A stretch of DNA of 64,000 nucleotides from Fibrobacteria bacterium (lineage in GTDB: Bacteria; Fibrobacterota; Fibrobacteria; UBA11236; JADFYW01), in NCBI GenBank assembly GCA_050294405.1, contig JBNKOC010000014.1, positions 1 to 64,000 on the forward strand, given 5' to 3'. The notes beneath the pieces were generated by a model. The model did not search any database, was not told where the DNA came from, and was given only the letters and a program-made list of their open reading frames with translations. The position numbers were made by a program, and so were the translations under genes. Below are positions 38,090-46,894 of this stretch, in pieces; the stretch's first letter is position 1; each line of letters opens with the position of its first letter.

Positions 38090-39538
38090 CTAAAATTGCT
38101 TGAAAAATTTGTACGCCTCCCCTTTAGTCCATGTTCTGGCGCCGTCGTCTCCTCCTCCATCCACAATACCGGGGGTATGGCCCCCATCAAACGCACACCA
38201 TACAACAGGGTAGCCATCCGTACATCCATCATATTCCGTGCATACATGAGTCAAACTGCCTCTATTAGGCTCGGAAGCATTTTGAGAAGTACAGCCGTTG
38301 TTATTGACAAATTTATCCCGCATGGGCCGCGCATTTTCTATTACGCAGGTCCTGTCATCTATTCCATGGATTCCGAGATATGCCACGGGTTTTGTACCGT
38401 CCGTGCAACCGCTGAGCACCGCCCCTCCGTACACAGCCACAGCACGGAAAATGTCGGCGCGATCACATGCGAGTGCATAGGTCATTCCTCCACCGTAGCT
38501 AAACCCCATGGAGAAAATCCGTTTGGTGTCAATACAAAGGTCCTCCTGGATAAGCTCTAGCATATCGTCCACGAAGTTAAGGTCCCGGCCGCCGCTGTTT
38601 TGCCAGCCATTGTTAATTCCCTGGGGGGCAACATAGATTGTGGGAAGATCATCATCATCCGACTGTTCCCTTAAACCATAGTAGGACCAGGTATAGCCGC
38701 TGCTGCCTCCACCATCTATATCCTCCGACACACCGCCATTCCAATGAAACGCAAAAACCAACCGATGAGGAGTGTTACTATCGTAGTTTTCAGGAAGCCT
38801 TAAAATAAAACTGCGGTTGTCTCCGCCAACTTGGATATTGCGTTTTCCGCTTGTTAATGTAGGGCTTTCACCGCAGCCCGCACTACGGCCCGTGGAGTTG
38901 CCGCTGGATTGGAGAGTAATATCGACTTCTTCATCATATGATGAAATAGGCACTATTTTGGTTTCGTAACCGGCGGCAGTAACTTTAAGCGAATCCACAT
39001 CTGCAGCCCTTTTTGTTAAAGTTCGGTCCAGAGAAAGGGCGCTTTCACCGGAAAGTTCCATTTTTCCATGGACGCCGTTTGTTAACGGAATGTAACGGAA
39101 TGTTTTCATATACTCCCCAACGGAGACCCGGACCATATGGGGACGGGTGGCGTCTATGCTTTTTAGCAAAGACGAGCGGTAAGATCCCGGTAAAACCTTT
39201 GGAGTTAAGTCATTTACCAGGAGGTTTCCGTTAATATCAAAAATTTCAATTTTTACAGGAGCGGGATTGGTCAAATTGAATTCTAAAACACCTTTGCTAA
39301 GGGATATTTTCCCGTCTTTAATTTCTGAAGACGGCGATACCGCAATAATATTTTGGATGATTGCATAAGCCCCGTCAGTTCCTGTTATATCACTTAGACC
39401 CTCAGCTTGCAGCGTTACTGTCGCAGCTGAAATTGGCTGTCCATTAGAATTCGAAACAATACCCCGCAGATTAATTGTTTGGGCACTGGCCGTTAAAGCG
39501 GCTAAAATGAAAAAGCAATAAGTTATCCTTTTGTACAT
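38090..39538 (-). CDS. Secreted CE1-type feruloyl/acetyl xylan esterase with a split N-terminal beta-sandwich
   Basis: LPENYD..TPHRLVFAFHW.GG, GFSYGG, HGIDD, FDGGH (FaeC/FaeD-like); signal peptide from ATG 39538. Confidence 0.85.
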   Translation of the reverse strand: MYKRITYCFFILAALTASAQTINLRGIVSNSNGQPISAATVTLQAEGLSDITGTDGAYAIIQNIIAVSPSSEIKDGKISLSKGVLEFNLTNPAPVKIEIFDINGNLLVNDLTPKVLPGSYRSSLLKSIDATRPHMVRVSVGEYMKTFRYIPLTNGVHGKMELSGESALSLDRTLTKRAADVDSLKVTAAGYETKIVPISSYDEEVDITLQSSGNSTGRSAGCGESPTLTSGKRNIQVGGDNRSFILRLPENYDSNTPHRLVFAFHWNGGVSEDIDGGGSSGYTWSYYGLREQSDDDDLPTIYVAPQGINNGWQNSGGRDLNFVDDMLELIQEDLCIDTKRIFSMGFSYGGGMTYALACDRADIFRAVAVYGGAVLSGCTDGTKPVAYLGIHGIDDRTCVIENARPMRDKFVNNNGCTSQNASEPNRGSLTHVCTEYDGCTDGYPVVWCAFDGGHTPGIVDGGGDDGARTWTKGEAYKFFKQF

Positions 39539-39931
39539 AGAATACACCCCCGGTTTAGGCATAATCACCACGCGACTGTGGACCTTGCCCAATTGTCCAT
39601 TTCCTCCGAGCGGGTAATAAGCCTTTTTTGAATTATTATTTTGCGAGCAATTCGGTTAAGCTCTCCCCCTGTCCAAATGCTCTGCTATGAGTAGGAATCC
39701 TCATTCCAGATTCATAGTACGTCTAATGTAATGCCAGGTTCCAAAAAACACAATCAGGAATTGCAATTCAAATGCGGAATGTTGAAAAACAACCTTCGTT
39801 TAGGTTTAAATTATTGCATTTTATGATAAAAAGGGCTTTTCGCCCTCTTTTTTCGAATTCTCAGCTAACAAATAATCAGGCCTATTTTTATATCTTTTAC
39901 GGGCAAGATAGTTTAAGTAATTGAGGTAAAA

Positions 39932-41308
39932 GTGATTAGGGGAAAAAAGTTCAAACTGTTTCTAATTGCATATTGCATTTCTTTTAGCCAATTGGCCGCG
40001 CAAAGCGCTATAACCGGAACTGTGGTGAACAGCCAGGGACAAGCCTTAGATAGTGCTAAAGTCTGGCTTAAGGCAAATCCCGAAGGTTTTGTTTATACGG
40101 ATGACGAAGGGAATTATTCCCTTTCTTTGGAAACCAGCGACATTAACCCCAATACAAAATCAAGGTTACATCCCATTTCCGCCAAAGTCACAGCTAATGT
40201 ATTGTTGCTCAATCTGTTAAATGAGGATAACATTAATATTAGTCTTTTCAATAGCAACGGCCAAAAAGAAGCATCCGTTTTTAACGGCCCGCTAAACCAG
40301 GGGTCCCACAACTTTAACCTGCAAGCCCCTGCAAAAGCATTAACTCCTGGTATGTATTTTTTGAAAATCCAGGGGGACTTCATAAAACTCAACAGCAAAA
40401 TCCATTTGCAAAATTCGAAATGGTTTTTAGCCAGCTCCTCTGATTTTTTTCCGTCTGAAAGGGCCGCAACTGCAAAACAGGCTATGGCCGAAGACACATT
40501 GGTTATCCTTCGCATGGGATATGAAATCAAAAAGCTGTTTTTAGAAAATCTGGAGCCCCAGGAAATCCCCCAACAATCCCTTAGCTTGAGGAGCTATGCT
40601 GTGGATAAAACGGCAGATATATCGGGAAGAACCATTGAAATTGTATTGCCCTCTGACTATCAGGAACTCTATACACTTCCCGTTTTGTATTTAATGCACG
40701 GCGGTGGAGAAGACCACGCCACCTGGAGAATCAAAGCCAATTACATCCAAGCCCTAAATACATTCGAAGATCGGGATAAAATGCAGCCTATGATAATTGT
40801 CACCCCAGATGCCGCCACCAATTCGGGATACGGAGATTACGGAGTAGGCGGCGACCCATATTACCAAATTCTAACAGAGGATATAATTGGATACATGGAA
40901 GAAAATTACAAAGTAGACAGCACCCGCTGGGGTCGCGCAGTTTCTGGATTTTCCATGGGCGCCATGCAAACACACAACTTGACTATGTTCTATCCGGAAG
41001 TTTGGGGCTATTCCTTGCCCATGTGCGGCGGATTATATAGAAGCGCCGGTTTTTCTGAACAGCAATTTAGAGCGGACATACAAAGAGGTGTGATTGACAC
41101 AGCTGCCATTAACCAGCTCAAACTGTATAAGCTATCTTCCAATGAAACAGATATCGCCTATACGGATACCTTTGATTTTGAAGCATTTCTGACTTCCGTA
41201 GGTATCAAGCATGTTTATGATTTCACCAGTTACAACGGGGGTGGGCACACTTACGAATACAATACTGGCGTGCTAAAACTTTATTTAATAGAATTATTTA
41301 AGCCATAA
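39932..41308 (+). CDS. Secreted CE1-like esterase (XynZ/Fes-like) with a split N-terminal beta-sandwich
   Basis: PVLYLMHGGG, RAVSGFSMG, GGH; signal peptide; GAGG RBS before GTG. Confidence 0.85.
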   Translation: MIRGKKFKLFLIAYCISFSQLAAQSAITGTVVNSQGQALDSAKVWLKANPEGFVYTDDEGNYSLSLETSDINPNTKSRLHPISAKVTANVLLLNLLNEDNINISLFNSNGQKEASVFNGPLNQGSHNFNLQAPAKALTPGMYFLKIQGDFIKLNSKIHLQNSKWFLASSSDFFPSERAATAKQAMAEDTLVILRMGYEIKKLFLENLEPQEIPQQSLSLRSYAVDKTADISGRTIEIVLPSDYQELYTLPVLYLMHGGGEDHATWRIKANYIQALNTFEDRDKMQPMIIVTPDAATNSGYGDYGVGGDPYYQILTEDIIGYMEENYKVDSTRWGRAVSGFSMGAMQTHNLTMFYPEVWGYSLPMCGGLYRSAGFSEQQFRADIQRGVIDTAAINQLKLYKLSSNETDIAYTDTFDFEAFLTSVGIKHVYDFTSYNGGGHTYEYNTGVLKLYLIELFKP

Positions 41309-41336
41309 AAAAAGTGGGGCTCAGCCCCGCTTTTTT
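41308..41336. terminator. Bidirectional Rho-independent terminator
   Basis: A-tract, GTGGGGC-TCA-GCCCCGC, T-tract between convergent genes. Confidence 0.85.
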
Positions 41337-41631
41337 ATTTTAATACCCACTCAGTAACATCGGGCCCAGAGGCCAGCGCTTTATCCAATACTACTTTAAA
41401 CTCATCAAAGTGAGCTGTTTTTTGGTGGTCTTCCAAATCTTTTTGGGATTTCCAAATTTCATAAAACATAACAGAGCAGGGGTCTTTTACTTCCTGATGA
41501 AAGTTGTACACCACGCAACCCGCTTCCTCCCGACTTTTGGGAACTAGAGTTTCGCAAACTTTTAAAAAATCATCTTTGAACTCTTCTTTTATTTTTAATG
41601 CGGCAATTACTGTTACAGTTTGGTCTGACAT
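41335..41631 (-). CDS. ABM-domain protein (putative quinol monooxygenase)
   Basis: SREEAGCVVY, FYEIW, H.KT.HF; 98 aa; AGGAG RBS. Confidence 0.88.
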   Translation of the reverse strand: MSDQTVTVIAALKIKEEFKDDFLKVCETLVPKSREEAGCVVYNFHQEVKDPCSVMFYEIWKSQKDLEDHQKTAHFDEFKVVLDKALASGPDVTEWVLK

Positions 41632-41927
41632 AGTACTCCTATTTTTTCAGGTCCCTGGGTAATAAGTTAAAAATTCTAAAAAAGCTGCGGCGACCCAGCG
41701 CCCAATGGCCCTTTTTAAAGATTTTTTCCATTTAAAAGCTAATTTTATTTGTGATTTTCATATGTAGTTTTTCAGCGAAAAAAGGTGAAAAATCCGAAGC
41801 AAAAATGCCAAAAAGTGGTAAATTTAATGACTGGAGGGGATAGCCTCGTTTGCTGAGGATGTAATTTTTAGTAATTACGCAAACGAAGCAGGTATAAAAC
41901 CGGGATTATATCCATTTGGGGGTTAGT

Positions 41928-42677
41928 TTGACTATATCTGAAAGCTATTTGCGCCAGTCCATCGAATGGCACGCCTACTTCACGCAAGTATTTGACCTTA
42001 TCCACAATGTCTATTTTTGGGCAAAAGACAGTTCCGGCATTTTTATCATGGGCAATACCCCCTTCGCTCATCTATGTGGCAAAAGCACTATGGATGAGCT
42101 TTTGGGAAAATCCGACTACGATATTTGGCCTCGCCACCTGGCTGATAACTATGTAAAGGACGACCGCAAGGTAATGCAAAGCGGCAAGAATGTAGTGAAC
42201 CGCCTGGAGCTTATATTAAACCCCGAAGGCACCACCCACTGGCACCAAACCACAAAAATACCCCTCTACGCCAAAACCCAGGATTTGATTGGAGTAATAG
42301 GCTACTCCGTGGATTTAAAAAAAGCTGATGCCAACTTACAGCCTGTTATGCAGATGGCCCCTGTTATCGAAACCATAAAAAAGCGCTACATGGAGCCATT
42401 GGAAATTACAGATCTAGCCAAAATCATGTGTATGTCTCTAAGTAGCTTTGAAAGAAAATTCAAAAAATACTTTAAGGAAACCCCCATTAAATATCTCAAC
42501 CGGATTCGCATTGAAGCTTCCTGCCAGCTCTTGGCTAATTCCGATTTATCTATTTCCGAAATTGCCATGCAAACAGGATTTTACGATCAAAGTCACTTTT
42601 CCAAATGCTTTTTTAAATACATGGGTAAATACCCCAGCGCCTACAGAAAGTACTATACATCTCCGCCTCCAGCCTAA
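41928..42677 (+). CDS. AraC family regulator with an N-terminal PAS domain
   Basis: FWAKD..G.FI..N, GKSDYD, DDRKV, TTKIPL (PAS_4-like); GFYDQSHF HTH. Track start 41916. Confidence 0.9.
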   Translation: MTISESYLRQSIEWHAYFTQVFDLIHNVYFWAKDSSGIFIMGNTPFAHLCGKSTMDELLGKSDYDIWPRHLADNYVKDDRKVMQSGKNVVNRLELILNPEGTTHWHQTTKIPLYAKTQDLIGVIGYSVDLKKADANLQPVMQMAPVIETIKKRYMEPLEITDLAKIMCMSLSSFERKFKKYFKETPIKYLNRIRIEASCQLLANSDLSISEIAMQTGFYDQSHFSKCFFKYMGKYPSAYRKYYTSPPPA

Positions 42678-42706
42678 GAGCTATGTTGCTGACGCGAGGG
42701 GCATTT

Positions 42707-43810
42707 TTAATTTAGGGTACTGTTGTTTATCTCGATGCGCGTATCATCGTGCATGGAAATCCCCGGACGGGCATACCAGGAGCCTCCAATATTGTTTTGT
42801 ATCACTGAGTTGTTAATTACAATATTGCCTGAGTGATCGTTTGTTACAAAAAAGATAGCTGAACCATGTGCGTTAACCTCATTATTTTCCAGCTTTACCC
42901 CGCATAGATTAAGGGTCATAGTATTTCCATCGTTATATATGCCGCCGCCGCTTCCTCCACCTGGAGTTCCAGCCTGAGCCGGGTTTGCGCCGTTGCCAAT
43001 GGCCCGGTTATGACTGAATAAGCTGTTTATTATGGTCCAGGAAACTCCTATGCTGCTTATGCCTCCGCCATTGGAACAAACATTGCCATAGCCTTCCGCG
43101 CCGCCAAAAGTAGAGTTCACCACATATACTGGCGCATTATTATATTGCGAGAACACCCTGACTGCCGCGCCCCCCACATCCGGGCCCACATCCGCACATA
43201 CATTGTTAAAAAAACGGCTGTTGATAATTTTAAGTCTGCCGCCCCGCACCCAAATGGCTCCGCCTCCGTCGTATTCGCTTTCGGATTTTGAATTGCCATC
43301 AATAAAGGTCAGGTTTTGAATGGTGAGCCTGGGGTGATCTTGATTTTGGCAATGGGATGTTGTCCACACCAAGTCAGGATCACAAGTATTCATGTATAAG
43401 ATACGGTTTCTGCCTGCCCCGCTCAAAGTGATTAGGCCCTTACCATCTATCACCACATCAGGGTTTTTATTGTTGTAAACCTTAGCAGGTTCAGGAAGTG
43501 TAAGGGTAAGCGGGGCTTCCCCGCAATCAAAGGTTATTTTGCCGCCTTCGGCTACTGCATCTATAAAATCCTGGGCCGTGCAACTTTCCGGAATCCCTGT
43601 ACCAATAATAACATCGGGGTTGTCCATATTTTCGGGGCCAGCCTCCGCTGGAATGCCACAAGTACCACCTATATTTCCCGCTGGTGGACCTTCTACAGGA
43701 TTTGTCAGGGGATTTTCAACCTCTATAAAATCCACAGGCTTTTCGCATCCCATTCCTAGCAAAGCCAGAAGTAAATAGCTTAAACGTAATTTTTTTTGGT
43801 ATCGGTACAT
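42707..43810 (-). CDS. Lipoprotein with right-handed beta-helix (GGAI/FxxN) repeats
   Basis: Lipobox GMGC; repeats GGGAIW, FFNN, GGAAV, GGGIS, FSHN, GGGIY. Confidence 0.75.
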   Translation of the reverse strand: MYRYQKKLRLSYLLLALLGMGCEKPVDFIEVENPLTNPVEGPPAGNIGGTCGIPAEAGPENMDNPDVIIGTGIPESCTAQDFIDAVAEGGKITFDCGEAPLTLTLPEPAKVYNNKNPDVVIDGKGLITLSGAGRNRILYMNTCDPDLVWTTSHCQNQDHPRLTIQNLTFIDGNSKSESEYDGGGAIWVRGGRLKIINSRFFNNVCADVGPDVGGAAVRVFSQYNNAPVYVVNSTFGGAEGYGNVCSNGGGISSIGVSWTIINSLFSHNRAIGNGANPAQAGTPGGGSGGGIYNDGNTMTLNLCGVKLENNEVNAHGSAIFFVTNDHSGNIVINNSVIQNNIGGSWYARPGISMHDDTRIEINNSTLN

Positions 43811-43864
43811 ATTGCTTAATATATATTCTTACCACAAGTTTGGTTTCCACAAAATTATGGCATA

Positions 43865-45346
43865 TTATTTAAATAATAGAAGACGTTTTGATTGCCGAGA
43901 CAAGTTTAAGCGCCCAAGAATATCCCTTTGGCCTAAAAGCTCCCTATCATTTAAATAATACCTGGGACTCGAAAAAGTTCGTTTTACCAACAATGGAAAT
44001 TCCGGGCTTTCCGTGGTAAAAGGAGAGGCTGGTAAACCTTCTTCATTCCATAAACTGGCCGATGGCCTATCCGACCAGGCGTAACGGACTTTTACCGGAT
44101 TAGCCAAAGAGGGACTACTTGCTATTACAGTATCTCCCTTTATTTGGGCTTCCGCCCAAACCCAATTATTGGACTCACCAGCTATGGCAAACCCAGTTAA
44201 TTCTTGGCCATTTGAAGTAAGGCCAGAGCCAATGTGATTAAACAAGAGTTTAATTTTATTTCCATCAATAATGTGTGAAGCATAAATCGGTCCAGAGTAA
44301 ACCAAATCACTGTCTCCGTAAACAAGGGATCTGGCGGGAAGAGAGAGCCGACGTCCGGCCTCGGGTTTATTAGGATAGTGCCAATTTCCTATTCCAATAT
44401 CAAAATTGACACTCATGGCAGTAAAAGGAAGAAAAAGACCCATTCTCTGCCCTTCCCGAACCTCTGCCACATAACTTATGTTATCGGGTGTTGCTGTTCC
44501 GGAAGTGGAACTCAGTTGTCCAAAAATAAATGGAAAATTTCCTTGGCCCCAAGCATCTCTCCAGCCCTTAATTAGCAATTCAAACCTATCTCCATATAAC
44601 GGGGCATCTGTGGCATTACAATTTTGTTCCCCCTGAATCCAACAGGTACCTTTAATTCCATAACCAGCAACTGGAGACACCCAGGTATTCCACATATCAC
44701 CCCTATCACTATTATTGATATTTGGGTTTTCAGACAATGTTTTGGGATCCATCCACTGGGTAATTGTGGTTCCACCAACGGCAGTAACCACCAGGCCCAC
44801 GGCAACATTTTGATATTTTTGAATTTCCTTGCCGAAGAAATAACCTGTTGCCGACAAATCTCCCGCTGTTTGGGGAGAAACAACAAGCCAGGGGTTTTGG
44901 CCGCCAGTAGTTTGTCCGGGCTGCCTTAAGGTAATAAAGCGCAATAGAGGCTCGTCTGCATTTTTTAGACTGTCAGAAAGCTCAGGATAAAAGGAAAGAC
45001 GGGTATCCATATTGGATTGACCGGCAATTTGCCAAACTTCTCCGATACATACATCTGATATATTAATGGTATTATTTCCCTTAATGCTAAGAGTCAGGGA
45101 ACAAGCGGCATCCATAGAATCCAATTCCACCCGCCATGTACCATCGGAATTGGTGATAGTTGTTTTGTTCTGATCTGCTATACTGACTAAAACAGCTTCA
45201 CCTGGAGAACCTTTCCCCCAAATGGGAACAATCATTTTTTGTTGCAGCACCAAATGATCTGAAAAAACATTAGATACACTAACATCGGAAAAGGAAGATA
45301 TTGTCAATACCAATACAAAAATCCACGCAATAGTTACCGCATTCAT
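43865..45346 (-). CDS. Secreted SGNH sialate-O-acetylesterase-like (SASA/CE20-like) carbohydrate esterase
   Basis: FSDHLVLQQ, GEVW..AGQSNM, W.QGE, HYPNK, VRYAW, LPASPF; tail RDILGR. Confidence 0.88.
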   Translation of the reverse strand: MNAVTIAWIFVLVLTISSFSDVSVSNVFSDHLVLQQKMIVPIWGKGSPGEAVLVSIADQNKTTITNSDGTWRVELDSMDAACSLTLSIKGNNTINISDVCIGEVWQIAGQSNMDTRLSFYPELSDSLKNADEPLLRFITLRQPGQTTGGQNPWLVVSPQTAGDLSATGYFFGKEIQKYQNVAVGLVVTAVGGTTITQWMDPKTLSENPNINNSDRGDMWNTWVSPVAGYGIKGTCWIQGEQNCNATDAPLYGDRFELLIKGWRDAWGQGNFPFIFGQLSSTSGTATPDNISYVAEVREGQRMGLFLPFTAMSVNFDIGIGNWHYPNKPEAGRRLSLPARSLVYGDSDLVYSGPIYASHIIDGNKIKLLFNHIGSGLTSNGQELTGFAIAGESNNWVWAEAQIKGDTVIASSPSLANPVKVRYAWSDRPSASLWNEEGLPASPFTTESPEFPLLVKRTFSSPRYYLNDRELLGQRDILGRLNLSRQSKRLLLFK

Positions 45347-45366
45347 AAGGCAATTCCAATTCTTGC

Positions 45367-46635
45367 TTAAGGGCTTTTCATAAGCATGGAATATTCCCTT
45401 TTTGTGGTATAAACACTAAGAATATTCGCTGAAGGCAAATTTTCCGTACTTATATAAACCGTTAAATCACCGGAAAATAGGTGAGAGGACAACGTTTTTC
45501 CTTTTGTATTTCTAAGAACAGCTTTTGTTATGGGTTCAGTAGAACTGATTTTGAGGATTCCAGATTTTTCTCTAATCCAATTCACAACCCTTTTATTGGG
45601 ATGTATCAAATCACTCCCATTAGCGCTGAGAGTCCCGCCTTCAAACATGGCATAAAAAACCAGTCCACTATCGGGCATAGAGGTAAAAAAGTAATTATCA
45701 TTTCCTAAGTTAGTGCCATCATCACCTCGCCAATACTCAAATTTATCGGACTCTTGAGAGATTATTTTAATGGTGAGAGGAACATTTTTGGGATAACCGG
45801 AGATTTTAGTAACAAGGCTTCCCACCTCTTTATTTTTAATAACATATAGGGGGTATTGAGGGGCAAGTAAATTCGCCAAGGGTTCGAGTTCCTCATTATT
45901 TTGCAATTCTTCTATCCCTTCTGCTATCAGTTTAGCCATTGCAACTGCTCCCATTTCCTGAAAATGGGTCCCATCGCTTTTGCCTTCGGGATAATTGGGA
46001 TATTCGTTTGGTTCAAGGGATAAAAACAAAAAGCGGCTGATGTATTCCTGTCCATAAGACTGGAAAAGTTTTCTCGATTTTTCTTCCAGGTCAATGTAAG
46101 GAACATTTAAAGCATCTACAACCCGCATAAGAGCTGTGCAATAGTCATTTGCCCCTTCTTTAAAAACTTGCCTTAGTGTGTTGCCATTCCAGGTGTTCAT
46201 ATTCATGGGTGTTATCAATACTGGAATAGCGCCTTTCTGCCTTGACTCAATAACATATTGAGCCAAGTATTCCCTATATTGGGAAGTATCCGCATGGCGT
46301 TCCGCTACTGTGCTTCTATCGTTGTGGCCAAATTGTATTAAAACGATATCTCCTGAATTTAAAGTTGCCTTAACAGTTTCCCAACGCCCTTCTTCAATAA
46401 AACTACGGGAACTTCTCCCTCCAATTGCCCTATTGTCGATGACAACGCTTTGCTCCTGAAAGAAATATTGTAGTTCCTGGCCCCAGCCACATTGGGGGTA
46501 ATAAGACTCATTATAAGTCATAACCGTAGAGTCACCGATAATTACAATTTTTATAGGAACTGACGAACTATACCATGCAACAATAAGAAAGAAGAAAACT
46601 GCGCAAGTTAGGAGGAGCATTGTCTTTTTTATCAT
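45367..46635 (-). CDS. Secreted rhamnogalacturonan acetylesterase (CE12, GDSL) with CTD-like tail
   Basis: IGDSTV, GWGQ, GGRSSRSF, QFGHND, DGTHF. Track start 46659. Confidence 0.9.
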   Translation of the reverse strand: MIKKTMLLLTCAVFFFLIVAWYSSSVPIKIVIIGDSTVMTYNESYYPQCGWGQELQYFFQEQSVVIDNRAIGGRSSRSFIEEGRWETVKATLNSGDIVLIQFGHNDRSTVAERHADTSQYREYLAQYVIESRQKGAIPVLITPMNMNTWNGNTLRQVFKEGANDYCTALMRVVDALNVPYIDLEEKSRKLFQSYGQEYISRFLFLSLEPNEYPNYPEGKSDGTHFQEMGAVAMAKLIAEGIEELQNNEELEPLANLLAPQYPLYVIKNKEVGSLVTKISGYPKNVPLTIKIISQESDKFEYWRGDDGTNLGNDNYFFTSMPDSGLVFYAMFEGGTLSANGSDLIHPNKRVVNWIREKSGILKISSTEPITKAVLRNTKGKTLSSHLFSGDLTVYISTENLPSANILSVYTTKREYSMLMKSP

Positions 46636-46894
46636 CACTTTAATATATGCTAAAAGCAAAACTTGGCATAGGAGAAGAGTTCTTAGATTGAAACTCGCCC
46701 CTTTCTGTTTAATTTTCTTAAACTTTCAATCGCATTTTTACAGAATTGCCCAAAATATTTCATTTAAAAGAAATTTATTTCAATTATGAATTTTTTAGCA
46801 CAACTTCAGTTCTGGCGAAAAAACCTCCAATCAATAAATTAAACTGAGGCTAAATTTATTGATGAACAATTGAATCCATTGTGAGGAGATGTTT

